From the NCBI RefSeq assembly GCF_035594765.1, contig NC_085842.1:4339256-4403255 (forward strand): a stretch of DNA of 64,000 nucleotides. Direction: 5' to 3'. The notes beneath the pieces are model-generated. The model was not told the origin of the DNA, searched no databases, and saw only the letters and a program-made list of their open reading frames with translations. Shown here piece after piece: positions 11,910 through 24,349 of the stretch. Made by a program: the position numbers and the translations under genes. Every line of letters starts with the position of its first letter. Within the stretch, counting starts at the first letter, position 1. This stretch comes from Anolis carolinensis (Eukaryota).

Positions 11910-12949
11910 TTAGCTTGGGGACCCAACGATGCCTGGGTTATTTGAAAAAGGCATGATTCATTTTTGGATGTTAGATATTCTCAGTTTAGTGCGGGTGAAC
12001 TACAATTCCCAGAATCGTGGGTCAATCCTCCCTGTTGGGTCTGTGTGCCAAGTTTGGTCCAGATACGTTGCCATCTGGCTGTAGTGCTCTCTGAATTGTT
12101 TGGGTTCATAGTGCACTCTGGATGTAGGTGAACTACAACTCCTATAAATCCCCCCCAAGACCTCCAATATTTTTTATTGGTCATGGGGGTTCTGTGTGCC
12201 AAATTAGTTCCAGGGCCATCACTGGTGGGGTCCAGAGTGCTCTTTGATTGTAGGTGAACTATAAATACCAGTGCCTACAACAGCTGTAAGTTTGGCCCAG
12301 ATACGACATCTGGCTGTAGTGCTCTCTGGGTTTGGGTTCATAGTGTGTTCTGGGTGTAGGTGAACTACAACTCCTATAAATCCCCCCAAACGTCTCCAGC
12401 GTTTTTCTTTGGTCATGGGGGTTCTGTGTGCCCAATGTGGTCCAGGTCCATGGTCAGTGGGGGTCACAGTGTTCTGACTTGATGCAGGGTGAACTACAAC
12501 TTCCATCATGTGGAGTCAATCCCCCAAACTCCTCCAGTATGTTTAGCTGCTGCTCAGTTCTGCTCTGTTATGCAGACAGAGTTGAAAAGAGTAGGAAAGG
12601 GTTAAGGGAGAAGCAGTGGGCAGGGTCATGCAAATTCCACAGCAATGGAGAGATAAAGGTATCCTGGGATGCCTGCCTGTGGTGGAGGAAACACTAACAT
12701 CTAGGATGAAATGGTCCCCGAATGAAAGCATTCCTTGGGTGGTGGGCCGTAATGTTTGGGGAGGACATTGGTAGGGTTTGGGCTACATGTTCATGGCGGT
12801 CACTATAACCTGCAATGTCAGTGGAAGGAGGGCCATTGGTGTCTCAGGGGGAACTAGAGCTGTTTGTGGAGGTGGGAGGCTGTCTGTGTAAGTGGACACA
12901 TCTGCCACATACACACATACACATTTTTAACTTTTATTATGTGTATAGA
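11910..12949 (-). mobile_element. Helitron-like element (family B) carrying ~120-bp ACTACAACTCCC repeats
   Basis: Minus strand starts TCTATACAC and ends hairpin CCCAGGCATCGTTGGG..AAGCTAA. Related copies start at ctagcttgg near 43011 and 56181. Confidence 0.55.
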
Positions 12950-13328
12950 TATAGAAAGAACCTTTTAGGAAGGAAAGGCCTGACGAACTATATCGAACAA
13001 AGTCTCACAGAAATTGATGTATAAGTAACATCAAAAGTATAAGAACAATCAAAAGCCATTGTTGTAACCACCAAGCATCTGTTACTGAAACCATCATGCT
13101 GTCGCTTACATACCTCACCAGTGACAAATAAACAGACAGTTATTGTTTCACCTTATTCAATGTCTCTCTCTCTCAAATCCCAACAATAATAAAAGTAAGG
13201 CTCCTGAACACATGAACAGTGGGATATTTGGAATAAACCCTTATCCTCTATATATTTTGGAGGCACAGGATAAGCACAGGACATTGGCCTTTCAGGAGCA
13301 ACCCAAAGAAGACAAAAGGAATCCTTAC

Positions 13329-13433
13329 CCAGAGAAGCCATGCTCCCGTCATCCTCCATCCTGACTTCCTTATAGGGTGACCCTATTCCTTCTCTGCAAG
13401 TTTCACAGACACCTTCGGAAAGGTCACAAGATG
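13329..13433 (-). CDS. ZNF-A internal exon: eroded KRAB-A-derived exon (105 nt)
   Basis: ctttcag|CATCTTGTGACCTTT...GCTTCTCTGG|gtaagg. The phase-0 frame reads LVTFPKVSVKLAEKE*. The phase-1 frame is open and ends YKEVRMEDDGSMASL. Confidence 0.7.
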
Positions 13434-13535
13434 CTGAAAGACGTAAAGATTAAGTAAATGGGTTCCTAGTTACACACCAAACTACATACCCTCAAGTACA
13501 ATGATATGCACTGGTCAATGGTCAATAAACAGGTA

Positions 13536-14061
13536 TCTATATATATAAAAGAGGGATGGCATCAGGGCAGCGGACAAAACAACAAAACTACAGGCCCCCC
13601 AACCTTGAAATTTGACAACACAACCCATCATTCACGCCTCTAGGTTGATACAACAAAAAGAAAAGAAAAATAAAGTCCTAATTACAGGGAGAGGAATAAT
13701 AGTTTTAATCCAATTGCTGCCAGTTAGAAGGATAAGCTCCGCCCACTTGGTCTCCTAGCAACCTACTCAGCTCAGGGGACAGGCACAGTTAGGCCTCACT
13801 TAGGCCTCTTCCACAGATTATCAGATTTTAACTGGATTATATGGCAGTGTAGACTCAAGGCCCTTCCACACAACTATATAACCCATTTAGAATCTTATAT
13901 TATCTGCTTTGAACTGGATTATCTTGACTCCACACTGCCATATAATCCACTTCAGTGTGCATACTAAACATAAAGACAACCATACAACAGACATTCAGTA
14001 CCACCACTACCTCAACAATTTCTCACCAACACCACAGCAATGCGTGGCCAGGCACAGCTAG
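13536..14061 (+). mobile_element. Non-autonomous Helitron (family A)
   Basis: a|TCTATATATATAAAAGAG...CCACAGCAATGCGTGG..CACAGCTAG|t. Confidence 0.8.
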
Positions 14062-14076
14062 TAAAATATAAACTTA

Positions 14077-14845
14077 CTAGCTGTGCCCGGCCACACATTG
14101 CTGTGGCTTATGGGAATCATTTGTTGGCCAGGTGGAATAGCAGTGAATAGCCTTGCAGCCTCAAAGCCTGTCTACTTCCTGCTTGGGGGAATCCTTTGTT
14201 GGGAGGTGTTAGCTGGCCCTGATTGTTGCCTGTCTGGAATTTCTCTGTTGTCAGAGTGTTGCTCTTTATTTACTGTCCTGATTTTAGAGATTATATTGTT
14301 CTGTATTATACCACAACAATTATTATATATTATATTTATAACCTTATATTATCTGCTTAGAACTGGATTATATGAGGCCCCTTCTACACAGCTGTATAAA
14401 ATCCACACTGAACTGAGTTATATGGCAGTGTGGACTCAAGATAATCCAGTTCAAAGCAGATACTGTAGATTATCTGCCTTGGCATTCTGGGTGTGGAAGG
14501 GCCTTGAGTCTACACTGCCATATAATCCAGTTCAAATCAGATAATCTGTATTTTATAGGCAGTGTGGAAGAGGCCTGAGTGAAGAGGCCCTGGGCACCAT
14601 TCTGGCTGAGTGGGTTGCTAGGAGATGAAGTGGGCGGAGCCTACCCTTCTAACTTGCAGCAAGGGGAAAACACAGTTCTTCCTCTTCCTCTAATTTGGAC
14701 TTTATTTTTCTAGGGTTTTTTTTTCTTTGAAAGACATAGACTGGATGACTATGTCTTTTGTGGCTAAATTTGGTGTGATTTGGTTCAGTGGTTTTGTTGT
14801 TTACTCCATAGTAAAACATCACATTACATTTATATATATATAAGA
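14077..14845 (-). mobile_element. Non-autonomous Helitron (family A), tail-to-tail with the previous copy 15 bp away
   Basis: Starts ctagctgtgcccggccacac on the plus strand and ends tatatatatataaga|t. Confidence 0.75.
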
Positions 14846-16518
14846 TATTTAATGAATTACAATAAGTACAGAATTTACAATTATAATGCTGATGCTCCGT
14901 ACATCAAAATGAATATATAACCGAACAATGCTGGCTCTATACATAAATTTGCCCCTTATGAAATCAATCAGTTGAAATGAAGAGCATGTAGAACACACAA
15001 CCGGTTTCAACTCTCAGTCTTCCTCAGGTGAATTCATCTGAGAAAATTATAATGAATTAACAGGAGCACATAACATATCCACACAAATACAGTTATAACT
15101 CTGACATAAGTACTCAAAATTGTACATTCGCCCTTTACATTCTTCTCTCAAGTTTGTATTCCTATATCTTTTTTCTCTGATGGGTACTGAACAAAAGGAA
15201 CATACAGTGGCTATAACAAGATCAAAAGTTTTAAGATTTCAAATTCAAAAGTTTATATACATATCCGTATACTCACAGTGTCTGTGAATTTATGTATTTC
15301 TGTGACTCTCTGTTAGTTCTTACTGCGAGTATAGAATGTTCTTTGGGATCACCCATAATATAATGGGAAAATTTATCATCAGGTGAGATGATTTCAAGTA
15401 CCAGCTAGACTGTATGGATCCATTTAAAGCGATAAGGAGCTACTGCATATAATGATATATATTCATTTTGATGTACGGCACATCAACTTTACAATTGTAA
15501 ATTCTGTACTTACGGTATTTCATTAAATATAAGTTTATATTCTATACTTGTTTATTGACCATTGACCAGTGCATATTGTTGCACTGTATACCGTATATAC
15601 TCGAGTATAAGCCGACCTGAATATAAGCCAAGGCACCTAATTTTACCACAAAAAACCTGGGAAAACATTAACTCCAGTATAAGCTGAAATACCAATAAAA
15701 TTACATTAATTGAGGCATCAGTAGTTTAAATGTTTTTGAATCTTTACATCAAACTGTAATTTAAGATATGACTGTTCAACTCTGATTAAATCATTATTTC
15801 CATCTTCTTCAATGTAAATGTGCTTATGTATCCTTTCAATAATAATAGAGTAAAATAATAAATGTAATAATAATAATAATAATAAATGCAGTAAAATAAT
15901 AAATGCAATAATAATAATAAATGCAATAATAATAATAATAAATGCAGTAAAATAATAAATGTAATAATAATAAAATAGAGTAAAATAAATGTAAAAGTAA
16001 CAACAATAATAGAGTAAAATAATAAATGTAATAATAATCATTAATAGAGAAAATAATAAATATACAATATATACTTGAGTATAAGCCGACCTGAATATAA
16101 GCCCCTCAGGACCTTCACCCGAGTATAAGCCGAGGAGGTTTTTTTTCAGTCTTAAAAAAGGGCTGAAAAACTAGGCTTATACTCAAGTATATACAGTATA
16201 TTAGCTTGGAAAGAAGTAAAGAAACATTTGACATTCAGAAATAATTTCTCCAATGAGATGTTCCACAAAGCGAAAAAGGGAGAGAGCCCACTTGTACCCC
16301 TCTTTGTTCTCACTGTTGGAGACACATCCAGCTAAAAGGAAATCTGAAAAAGGAAAGCAATCGATAGAGCCCAAATGCAAACCGCATCCCTCTTATACAG
16401 TGAGAAATTACTTTTAATCCTTGCAAGACTCGCTCTCAATGTCAGCGCTCAAAAGTGGCACAACATTTTCTGAGGATATAATTACTTCATTATTTATATA
16501 GAGCAACAGATATCTATA

Positions 16519-17741
16519 TCTATATAAATGTTCTGCATAGTTTCTGCTTTAAGGTAAACAAAAAACTAAACAACCCAAACCCACAAAACTTGGCCACAAA
16601 ATACATGGTCATCCAGACTGTGTTAAGACATCAAAAAACCCAAGAAAAATAAAGTCCTAATTAAAGGGAGAGGAATAACTCTTTTTTTCCCCATTGATGC
16701 CAGTTAGAAGGCTAAGCTTCGCTCACTTTGTCTCCTAGCAACCCACTCAGCCATTAAATGGCACCCAGGGCCTCTTCAATCAGGCCTCTTCCACACTGCC
16801 TATAAAATACAGATTATCTGTTTTGAACTGGATTATATGGCAGTGTAGACTCAAGGCCCTTCCACACAGCTATATTATCCATTTATAATCTTATCTGCTT
16901 TGAACTGGATTATCTTGAGTCCACACTGCCATATAATCCACTTCAGTGTGCATTTTATACAGCTGTGTAGAAGGAGCCTCATATAATCCAATTCTAAGAA
17001 GATAATATAAGATTATCAATATACAGTAGAGTCTCACTTATCCAACATAACACCCCGGCAGAAGGTTGGATAAGCGAATATGTTGGATAATAAGAAGGGA
17101 TTAAGGAGAAGTCTATTAAACATCAAATTAGGTTATGATTTTATAAATTAAGCACCAAAACATCATGTTATACAACAAATTTGACAGAAAAAGTAGTTCA
17201 ATGCGCAGTAATGCTATGTAGTAATTACTGTGTTTACGAATTTAGCACCAAAACATCACAGTGTATTGAAAACATTGACTACAAAAACATTGACTACTAA
17301 AAGGCCGACTGTATTGGATAATCCAGAACATTGGATAAGCGAATGTTGGATAAGTGAGATTCTGCTGTAATATGAAATAATTACTGCGGTATAATAATAC
17401 AGAACAATATAATCTCTAAAACCAGGACAGTAAATAAAGAGCAACACTCTGAAAGTAGGGAAATTGGGAATTCCAGAAAGGAAACAATCAGGGCCAGTTA
17501 ACACTTCCCAACAAAGGATTCTCCCAGGCAGGAAACAAACAGGCTTTGAAGCTGCAAGGCTAATTGCAGCATTCATACCTGCCACACCGAGACTATTAAT
17601 TGCTATTCAAACTGGCCAACCAAGGATTGCGCAAGGTAGAAAGTGGCCAGGCTTGCAAGCAGCAAGGCTATTCAGTGCTATTCCACCTGGCCAACAAAGA
17701 ATTCCCATAAGCCACAGCAACGCGTGGCCGGGCAAAGCTAG
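16519..17741 (+). mobile_element. Non-autonomous Helitron with a nested MITE and a 30-bp flanking duplication
   Basis: TCTATATAAATG start; ends GCCACAGCAACGCGTGGC..AAAGCTAG at 17741. Confidence 0.7.
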
Positions 17742-19411
17742 TTATTTATATAGAGCAACAGATATCTATATATCTCTATTAAGTGTTAAGTTGTTCTGTA
17801 ACTAAATCAAGTATGACACTGATTTATAGAGTGCATATAATATGTACGGTAAGATTATTGTTACTACTGATACTAACAATAATATTACTGTACATATTAC
17901 AGTACAGTCTCACTTATCCAACCTTCACTTATCCAACAATCTGGATTATTCAACACGGTCGGCCTCCTGCCACGATCCACAGCTGTTTCTCTAGGCAGCA
18001 AGGACTGAACTTTTCACGGATTTAATTCCCGACAATGTTGTTGCTGTAAGGTCATTCTATGCAATTCTATCTTTATTTGTAGTGTTTTTCTTAGTAGTCA
18101 AAGTTTTTGCAGTCAATGTTTTCAATACATTGCGATGTTTTGGTGCTAAATTTGTAAATACAGTAGAGTCTCGCTTATCCAACATAAATGGGCCGGTAGA
18201 ACATTGGATAAGCGAAAATGTTGGATAATAAGAAGGGATTAAGGAAAAGCCTATTAAACATCAAATTGCATTATGATTTTACAAATTAAGCACCAAAACA
18301 TCATGTTTTACAACAAATTGATCCCTTCTTATTATCCAACATTTTCGCTTATCCAATGTTCTGCCGGCCCGTTTATGTTGGATAAGTGAGACTCTACTGT
18401 ATATGCATTGTATAAATCAGTGTCATAATTGATTTAGTTACAGAACAACTTAACACTTATATAGATATACAGTAGAGTCTCACTTATCCGACTTTCTGGA
18501 TTATCTAACGCATTTTTGTAGTCAATGTTTTCAATACATCGTGATATTTTGGTGCTAAATTTGTAAATACAATCATTACTACATAGCATTACTGCGTATT
18601 GAACTACCTTTTTCTGTCAAATTTGTTGTATAACACGATGTTTTGGTGCTTAATTTGTAAAATCACAACCTAATTTGATGTTTAATAGGCTTTTCCTTAA
18701 TGCCTCCTTATTATCCAACATACAGTAGAGTCTCACTTATCCAACACTCGCTTATCCAACGTTCTGGATTATCCAACGTTCTGGATTATCCAACGCATTT
18801 TTATAGTCAATGTTTTCAATATATCGTGATATTTTGGTGCTAAATTTGTAAATACAGTAATTACTACATAGCATTACTGCGTATTGAACTACCTTTTTCT
18901 GTCAAATTTGTTGTATAACATAACGTGATGTTTTGGTGCTTAATTTGTAAAATCACAACCTAATTTGATGTTTAATAGGCTTTTCCTTAATCTCTCCTTA
19001 TTATCCAACATACAGTAGAGTCTCACTTATCCAACACTCGCTTATCCAACGTTCTGGATTATCCAACGCATTTTTATAGTCAATGTTTTCAATATATCGT
19101 GATATTTTGGTGCTAAATTTGTAAATACAGTAATTACTACATAGCATTACTGCGTATTGAACTACTTTTTCTGTCAAATTTGTTGTATAACATAACGTGA
19201 TGTTTTGGTGCTTAATTTGTAAAATCACAACCTAATTTGATGTTTAATAGGCTTTTCCTTAATCCCTCCTTATTATCCAACATATTTGCTTATCCAACAT
19301 TCTGCCGGCCCGTTTATGTTGGATAAACGAGACTCGACTGTAATTACTTCCCGAAATGTCAACATGTTTACTTTGGAAGGGATACATTGTATTCTTGTTT
19401 TGGATACTCAC

Positions 19412-19576
19412 AGGAAATTTGGCGAAGGCGATTTTGCTGCTTCCTTGTTCCTTTTGCAGGCGGCAGATCACTCGCATTCAGATGAACAAAAGCCGGGGAG
19501 GATGCTTGCACGGCGTGCGTGTTTCTCTCCTCGGCATCTCTTTCTCTCCAGTCCGACACACCCTTCACTTGGGATC
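19412..19576 (-). CDS. ZNF-A internal exon (165 nt, phase 1-1)
   Basis: ccttttcccctcctgcag|GATCCC...ATTTCCT|gtgagt. Open frame SQVKGVSDWRERDAEE...NRLRQIS in unique, non-repeat sequence. Confidence 0.6.
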
Positions 19577-20099
19577 CTGCAGGAGGGGAAAAGGAGACAG
19601 ACAGACAGACAGGCAGACCGACAGAGAGAGGCAGGTGTGCCTTTTGTCCTCCAAAGAGCAGAAGCACAGGTTTCCAGAGAGACAAGAGAAGCAAACAAAA
19701 GGGGGAGCAGGCGGGAGGAAAGGGGCCGCTTGAGGGGGGAGCAGTGAGGCCCACACGGAGACACGGGCATGGCCCTTGCTTGGAAATATTTGTAAATATT
19801 TGATGTTAGGACATGTGTCATAATCATGTTATTCTACCATGACATCCCCAGTGCAGTCGCATAAAATAAGGACAAATGGGCCAGGAAGGTGACATTAGCT
19901 GGCCATTTGATGGGCTTTGATGTGCAAGAAAGGGGGAACATCAGAGCATCTCGGTGATGGATGCCTGCCCTATACAGACTGAGAGCAGGGTAAGATTGAT
20001 CAATGGCTCTGATGTGTGGGAAAGGGCAGGCATCAGTCAGAAGATTCCTGTGATGTATAACATTATAGGGTAAGCCCCATATATATGGAACACCTCATA

Positions 20100-20518
20100 C
20101 CCTGTTTCCCCGAAAATAAGACATCCCCAGAAAATAAGGCCTAGTAAAGGTTTTGCTGGATTGCTAAATATAAGGCCTCCCCCAAAAGTAAGACCTAGCA
20201 AAGTTTTTGTTTAGAAGCATGCCCGCCAAACACAACACCAGAGCACACAGTATTGGTAAATGTACATACCATTGAATGTTGTACATGGAAATAATGGTAG
20301 TAACAAGAAATTTTTGATAGGATTCACAGTTTGTCTGGTTATGCTGGTTTGTGATGAGAACTACTGTACAGTATATAATAAATGTCAAAAAATTTGTTCA
20401 ACAATAAATTTAAATTCTTCTTCATTGAAAAATAAGACATCCCCTGAAAATAAGACCTAGCACATCTTTGGGAGCAAAAATTAATATAAGACACTGTCTT
20501 ATTTTCGGGGAAACACGG
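20100..20518. mobile_element. Tc1/mariner/pogo-type MITE, family 3
   Basis: TA-flanked TIRs tgtttccccgaaaataagaca...tgtcttattttcggggaaaca, with subterminal aaataag repeats. Confidence 0.75.
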
Positions 20519-21297
20519 TATATATCCCATGTGTGTATATGTATATTATTATTAATTCATTTCTATCCCGCTTTTCTCCCATGGATGGGACTCAAAGCAG
20601 CGTACAAAGTTTAAAACCAATATAAATACATCAGAACACAATACATAATCAACTAAACATCATTTACAAATGCAGTAGAGTCTCACTTATCCAACCTTCA
20701 TTATCAAATGTTCTGTGTTATCCAACACAGTTTGCCTTTTAGCAGTCAGTGTTTTTGTAGTCAATTTTTCAATACATTGTGAAGTTTTGGTGCTAAATTC
20801 GTAAATACAACTATTACTACGTAACGTTACTGTGTATTGAACTGCTTTTTCTTTCCATTTGTTGTAAAACATGATGTTTTAATTTGTAAAATCATAATGG
20901 AATTTGATGTTTAATAGGCTTATTATCCAACATTTTAGCTTATCCAACGTTCTGCCAGCCCGTTTATGTTGGATAAGTAAGACTCTACTGTATAAAAATA
21001 ACCTAATTTAACACATCATATAAAACAGTTAAAACTTACAAGTACCAATTAAAAGTATCAATAACCTCCAGCCATTGAGGTTGTTTGTAAAACTAAAAAT
21101 TATACGGCTTCTAAGACACCTCTTTTCCAAGGTCAGATTGCAGTAAATGCCACAAGCATTTACATACAAATGTATGTATATCTGTATCTGTATCTGTGTG
21201 TGTGTGTGTATTAGATTGTATTTGTGTGTGTGACAGAATATACACACACATGCACATCCATACGTACAGGTATATAAGGATAAGGGATGCTCAATGT

Positions 21298-21610
21298 AGG
21301 TAAAGATTTCCCCCAACATTAAGTCTAGTCGTGTCCGACTCTGGTGGGGGTTGGTGCTCATCTCCATTTCTAAGCCAAAGAACCGGTGTTGTCTGTAGAC
21401 ACCTCCAAGGCCATGTGGCCGACATGACTGCATGGAGCACCGTTACCTTCCCATTGGAGCGGTATCTATTGATCTACTTACATTTGCATGTTTTCAAACT
21501 GCTAGGTTGGCAGAAGCTGGGGCTAACAGCAAGCGCTCACTCCGCTCCCTGGATTTGAACCTGCAACCTTTCGGTCTGCACGTTCAGCACCTCAGCAGTT
21601 TATCGGGGGC
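21298..21610 (-). mobile_element. Sauria SINE
   Basis: Characteristic core and (acctt)n-type tail. Further copies at ~26133-26460 (-), 32655-32972 (+), 33370-33625 (fold-back), 34064-34380 (-) and 43595-43896 (-). Confidence 0.8.
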
Positions 21611-21642
21611 TCAATGTACACTATATATATAGACATACACAT

Positions 21643-21675
<33 letters not shown>

Positions 21676-22259
21676 TTGATATGTGGACACAGTCATCCCC
21701 CCAGCCATATATAGCAAAAATATGAAATGCAGATTTGATAAATATGGATATGAATATATATTGTGTTGGTATGAATGGAAGAATGAATGAATGAAAACTA
21801 ATAATTTTGGAGACACCATTCTAAAATATTAAGGTCTGCAATGACTAACCTCCTACTTGCTGAATTGTAATAAAAAGTTGCAATGTGTGAAATAGTCGAG
21901 CTGCCTGGTAAAACGTGATAGGAACTGGGACAGTGTTAAGAGAAATGTTTACATCAAGTTAAGGAAATATTTACAACTGTTAAGAAGGAAGTCAACACAA
22001 GGCTAACACCAATCAAAAAGAATCAACATCTGGTGCAGGAAACTGAGATGGAGCTAGGATATTCCAGGATGGAAGATGTCTAGCATTAATTTGCAACTTT
22101 GGGACAACATCAGTAAAATATTGCTATATAAGTGACATTATGACAATCCAGCAATTGTGACAGACAGAGACGCTGTTCACCCACCATGCTCTGCTACATG
22201 GGAAGGCCAGAGATAGTGTACGTGTCAGAGCTGCTATGGGAAAGCAGGATTCTGCTCAC

Positions 22260-22377
22260 TTTTGGGGCCTCTTTTTCTCATGGGAAGAAAAAAAGAGTGC
22301 GTTTTAGAGTCATGTAGTTGCATAGAATCTGTATGTTTGCATGAGAGGTTGTTATGCTTTGTGGGCAAGCTGGCCAT
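22260..22377 (-). CDS. ZNF-A first coding exon (exon 22402-22260, ATG at 22377)
   Basis: Long polypyrimidine acceptor ..ccacctgcctcag| at 22402, Kozak ATAATGG, MASLPTKHNNLSC...RKRGPK, donor A|gtgagc (phase 1). Joins the three downstream exons into a 1512-nt open frame. Confidence 0.55.
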
Positions 22378-23183
22378 TATTATCCTCGGTTCCTGGACGA
22401 GTCTGAGGCAGGTGGAGAAAGCAGAGAGGGGAAAGAAAGAAAACCAGACTGCCTCGGCCTCTTCTCTTTCATTGTTGTCTCTTTTGGGGACAAAAAGGCG
22501 GCTGATGAAGGGGCTGCTGGATGTAGGCTCTCCTCTTTTCACCACTTAGGCCTGGCTGCCGTATCAGGGACGGCTGTCTCCCTGGCAATGGTTGGTGCAT
22601 TATTTTTTTCTCCACATGTTGGAGGGGGCCAGAGCTAAGGGGTTATATCTTGCACATGCACTGTGTTGTTTTCTTAATGTTTTGGATTTTTTTAATGTCC
22701 TTTTTTGGGGTTTTCTTTTTTCTTTGTGGTGGTCAGTCATTGGGTAGTGAGTTTTGTGGCCAAATTTGGTGTTATTTGCTCCAAGGGTTTTGCTATTAAT
22801 TCGGTTCTACAAGCAGTATACAGTATAAACAGTAGAGTCTCGCTTATCCAACATAAACGGGCTGGAAGAACTTTGGATAAATGAAAATGCTGGATAATAA
22901 GGCAGGATTAAGGAAAAGCCTTAACAAATTGACAGAAAAAGCAGTTCAATATATGGCAATTATGAAGTAATTACTGTGTTTACAAATTTACCAAAACATC
23001 CCAATGTATTGAAAATATAGACTACAAAAAACATTGACTACTAAAAGGCAGACTACGTTGGATAATACAGAATGTTGGATAAGGGAGGTTGGATAAACAA
23101 GACTCTACTGTATATAGATTATATGGGTTGGGTGCAATAATAATAATAATAAATGTGTGTGTGTATTTATATGTGTGTATGTG

Positions 23184-23218
<35 letters not shown>

Positions 23219-23594
23219 GTGTGTATATAGATATACACAATATAATTTACAATAATATATATATTAATTATAACATATTGTATATACATATAATATTCAT
23301 ATTATATTGTATATACATATAATATTCATAATATTATATTGTAATACGATATAATACTAATAATACAATATAATAATATTAATTATATATTATATTTTAC
23401 ATGTAATATTACTAATAATATTACAATATATTGATACAGTACAATATAGTAATTTATTACCAGTATTGCACTGTGCTAATATAATATTGTATGTAAATTT
23501 AATTTGTAAGCCGCTCTGAGTCTCCTTCGGGGTGAGAAGGGCGGCATATAAATGTAGCAAACAAACAAACAAATAAATAAATAATAAACCTCTA

Positions 23595-23905
23595 TAAAAC
23601 TTGGATTGATTACAAAAAAGCATTTGACTCACTGCCACATTGCTGGATTATCAAATGTCTAGATGTCATCGGGGTTTGTGAAAATATTAGAAAGTTCACT
23701 GAAAACGCAATGAAACAATGGAAAACTGAGTTGTTCATCATTGCAATGGTCCCTCTGTCAGTAATTCTACAGAAAACAAACCTGGGCTACGAAACAGCAA
23801 GAAATTCACCAAAAATGTCCCACTTGCTGTACATGGACGATCTACAGCTTTATGGAAAATCAGAAACAGAAATCCAGTCCTTGACCAACACAGTCAGAAT
23901 TTTCA
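23595..23905 (+). mobile_element. R4/Dong RT fragment
   Basis: Degenerate WIDY.KAFDSLPH and HLLYMDDLQLY motifs. Confidence 0.65.
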
Positions 23906-24349
23906 CAGTGCCACGTTGGATAAGCGAAAATGTTGGATAATAAAGAGGGATTAAGGAAAAGCCTATTAAATGTCAAATTACATTATGATTTTATAAATTA
24001 AGCACCAAAACATCATGCTTTACACCAAATGGACAGAAAAATTAGTTCAAGATACGATAATGTTATGTAGTAATTACTCTATTTACGAATTTAGCACCAA
24101 AACATCGTAATATATTGAAAATATTGACTACAAAAACATTGGCTACTAACAAATTGACTACAAATGAAGATAGAATAGCATAAAATGAACTTACAGTAAC
24201 AACATTGTTGGAAGTTAAATCTGTAAAATATTCAGTCCTTGCTGCCTAGAGAAACAGCTGTGGATGGGGGCAGGAGGCAAACTGCATTGTATAACCCAGA
24301 ACATTGGATAAGCAAATGTTGGATAAGCGAGACTCTGCTGTATTTTGGA

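Larger units (their letters stand above)
13495..15588. repeat. Segment bounded by ~130-bp inverted repeats, possibly a degenerate Penelope-like element
   Basis: The left arm (13495-13535 + 14062-14076 + 14846-14920) is the reverse complement of 15455-15588 once two Helitrons are removed. Hammerhead-like ctgaggaagac..gttgaaac on the minus strand at ~15001-15028. Confidence 0.6.

Noticed and set aside
16230-16345. Possible extra ZNF-A exon after the minus-strand acceptors ttttcag/ccttttag
   Set aside because: No convincing donor, and the gene model is in frame without it.
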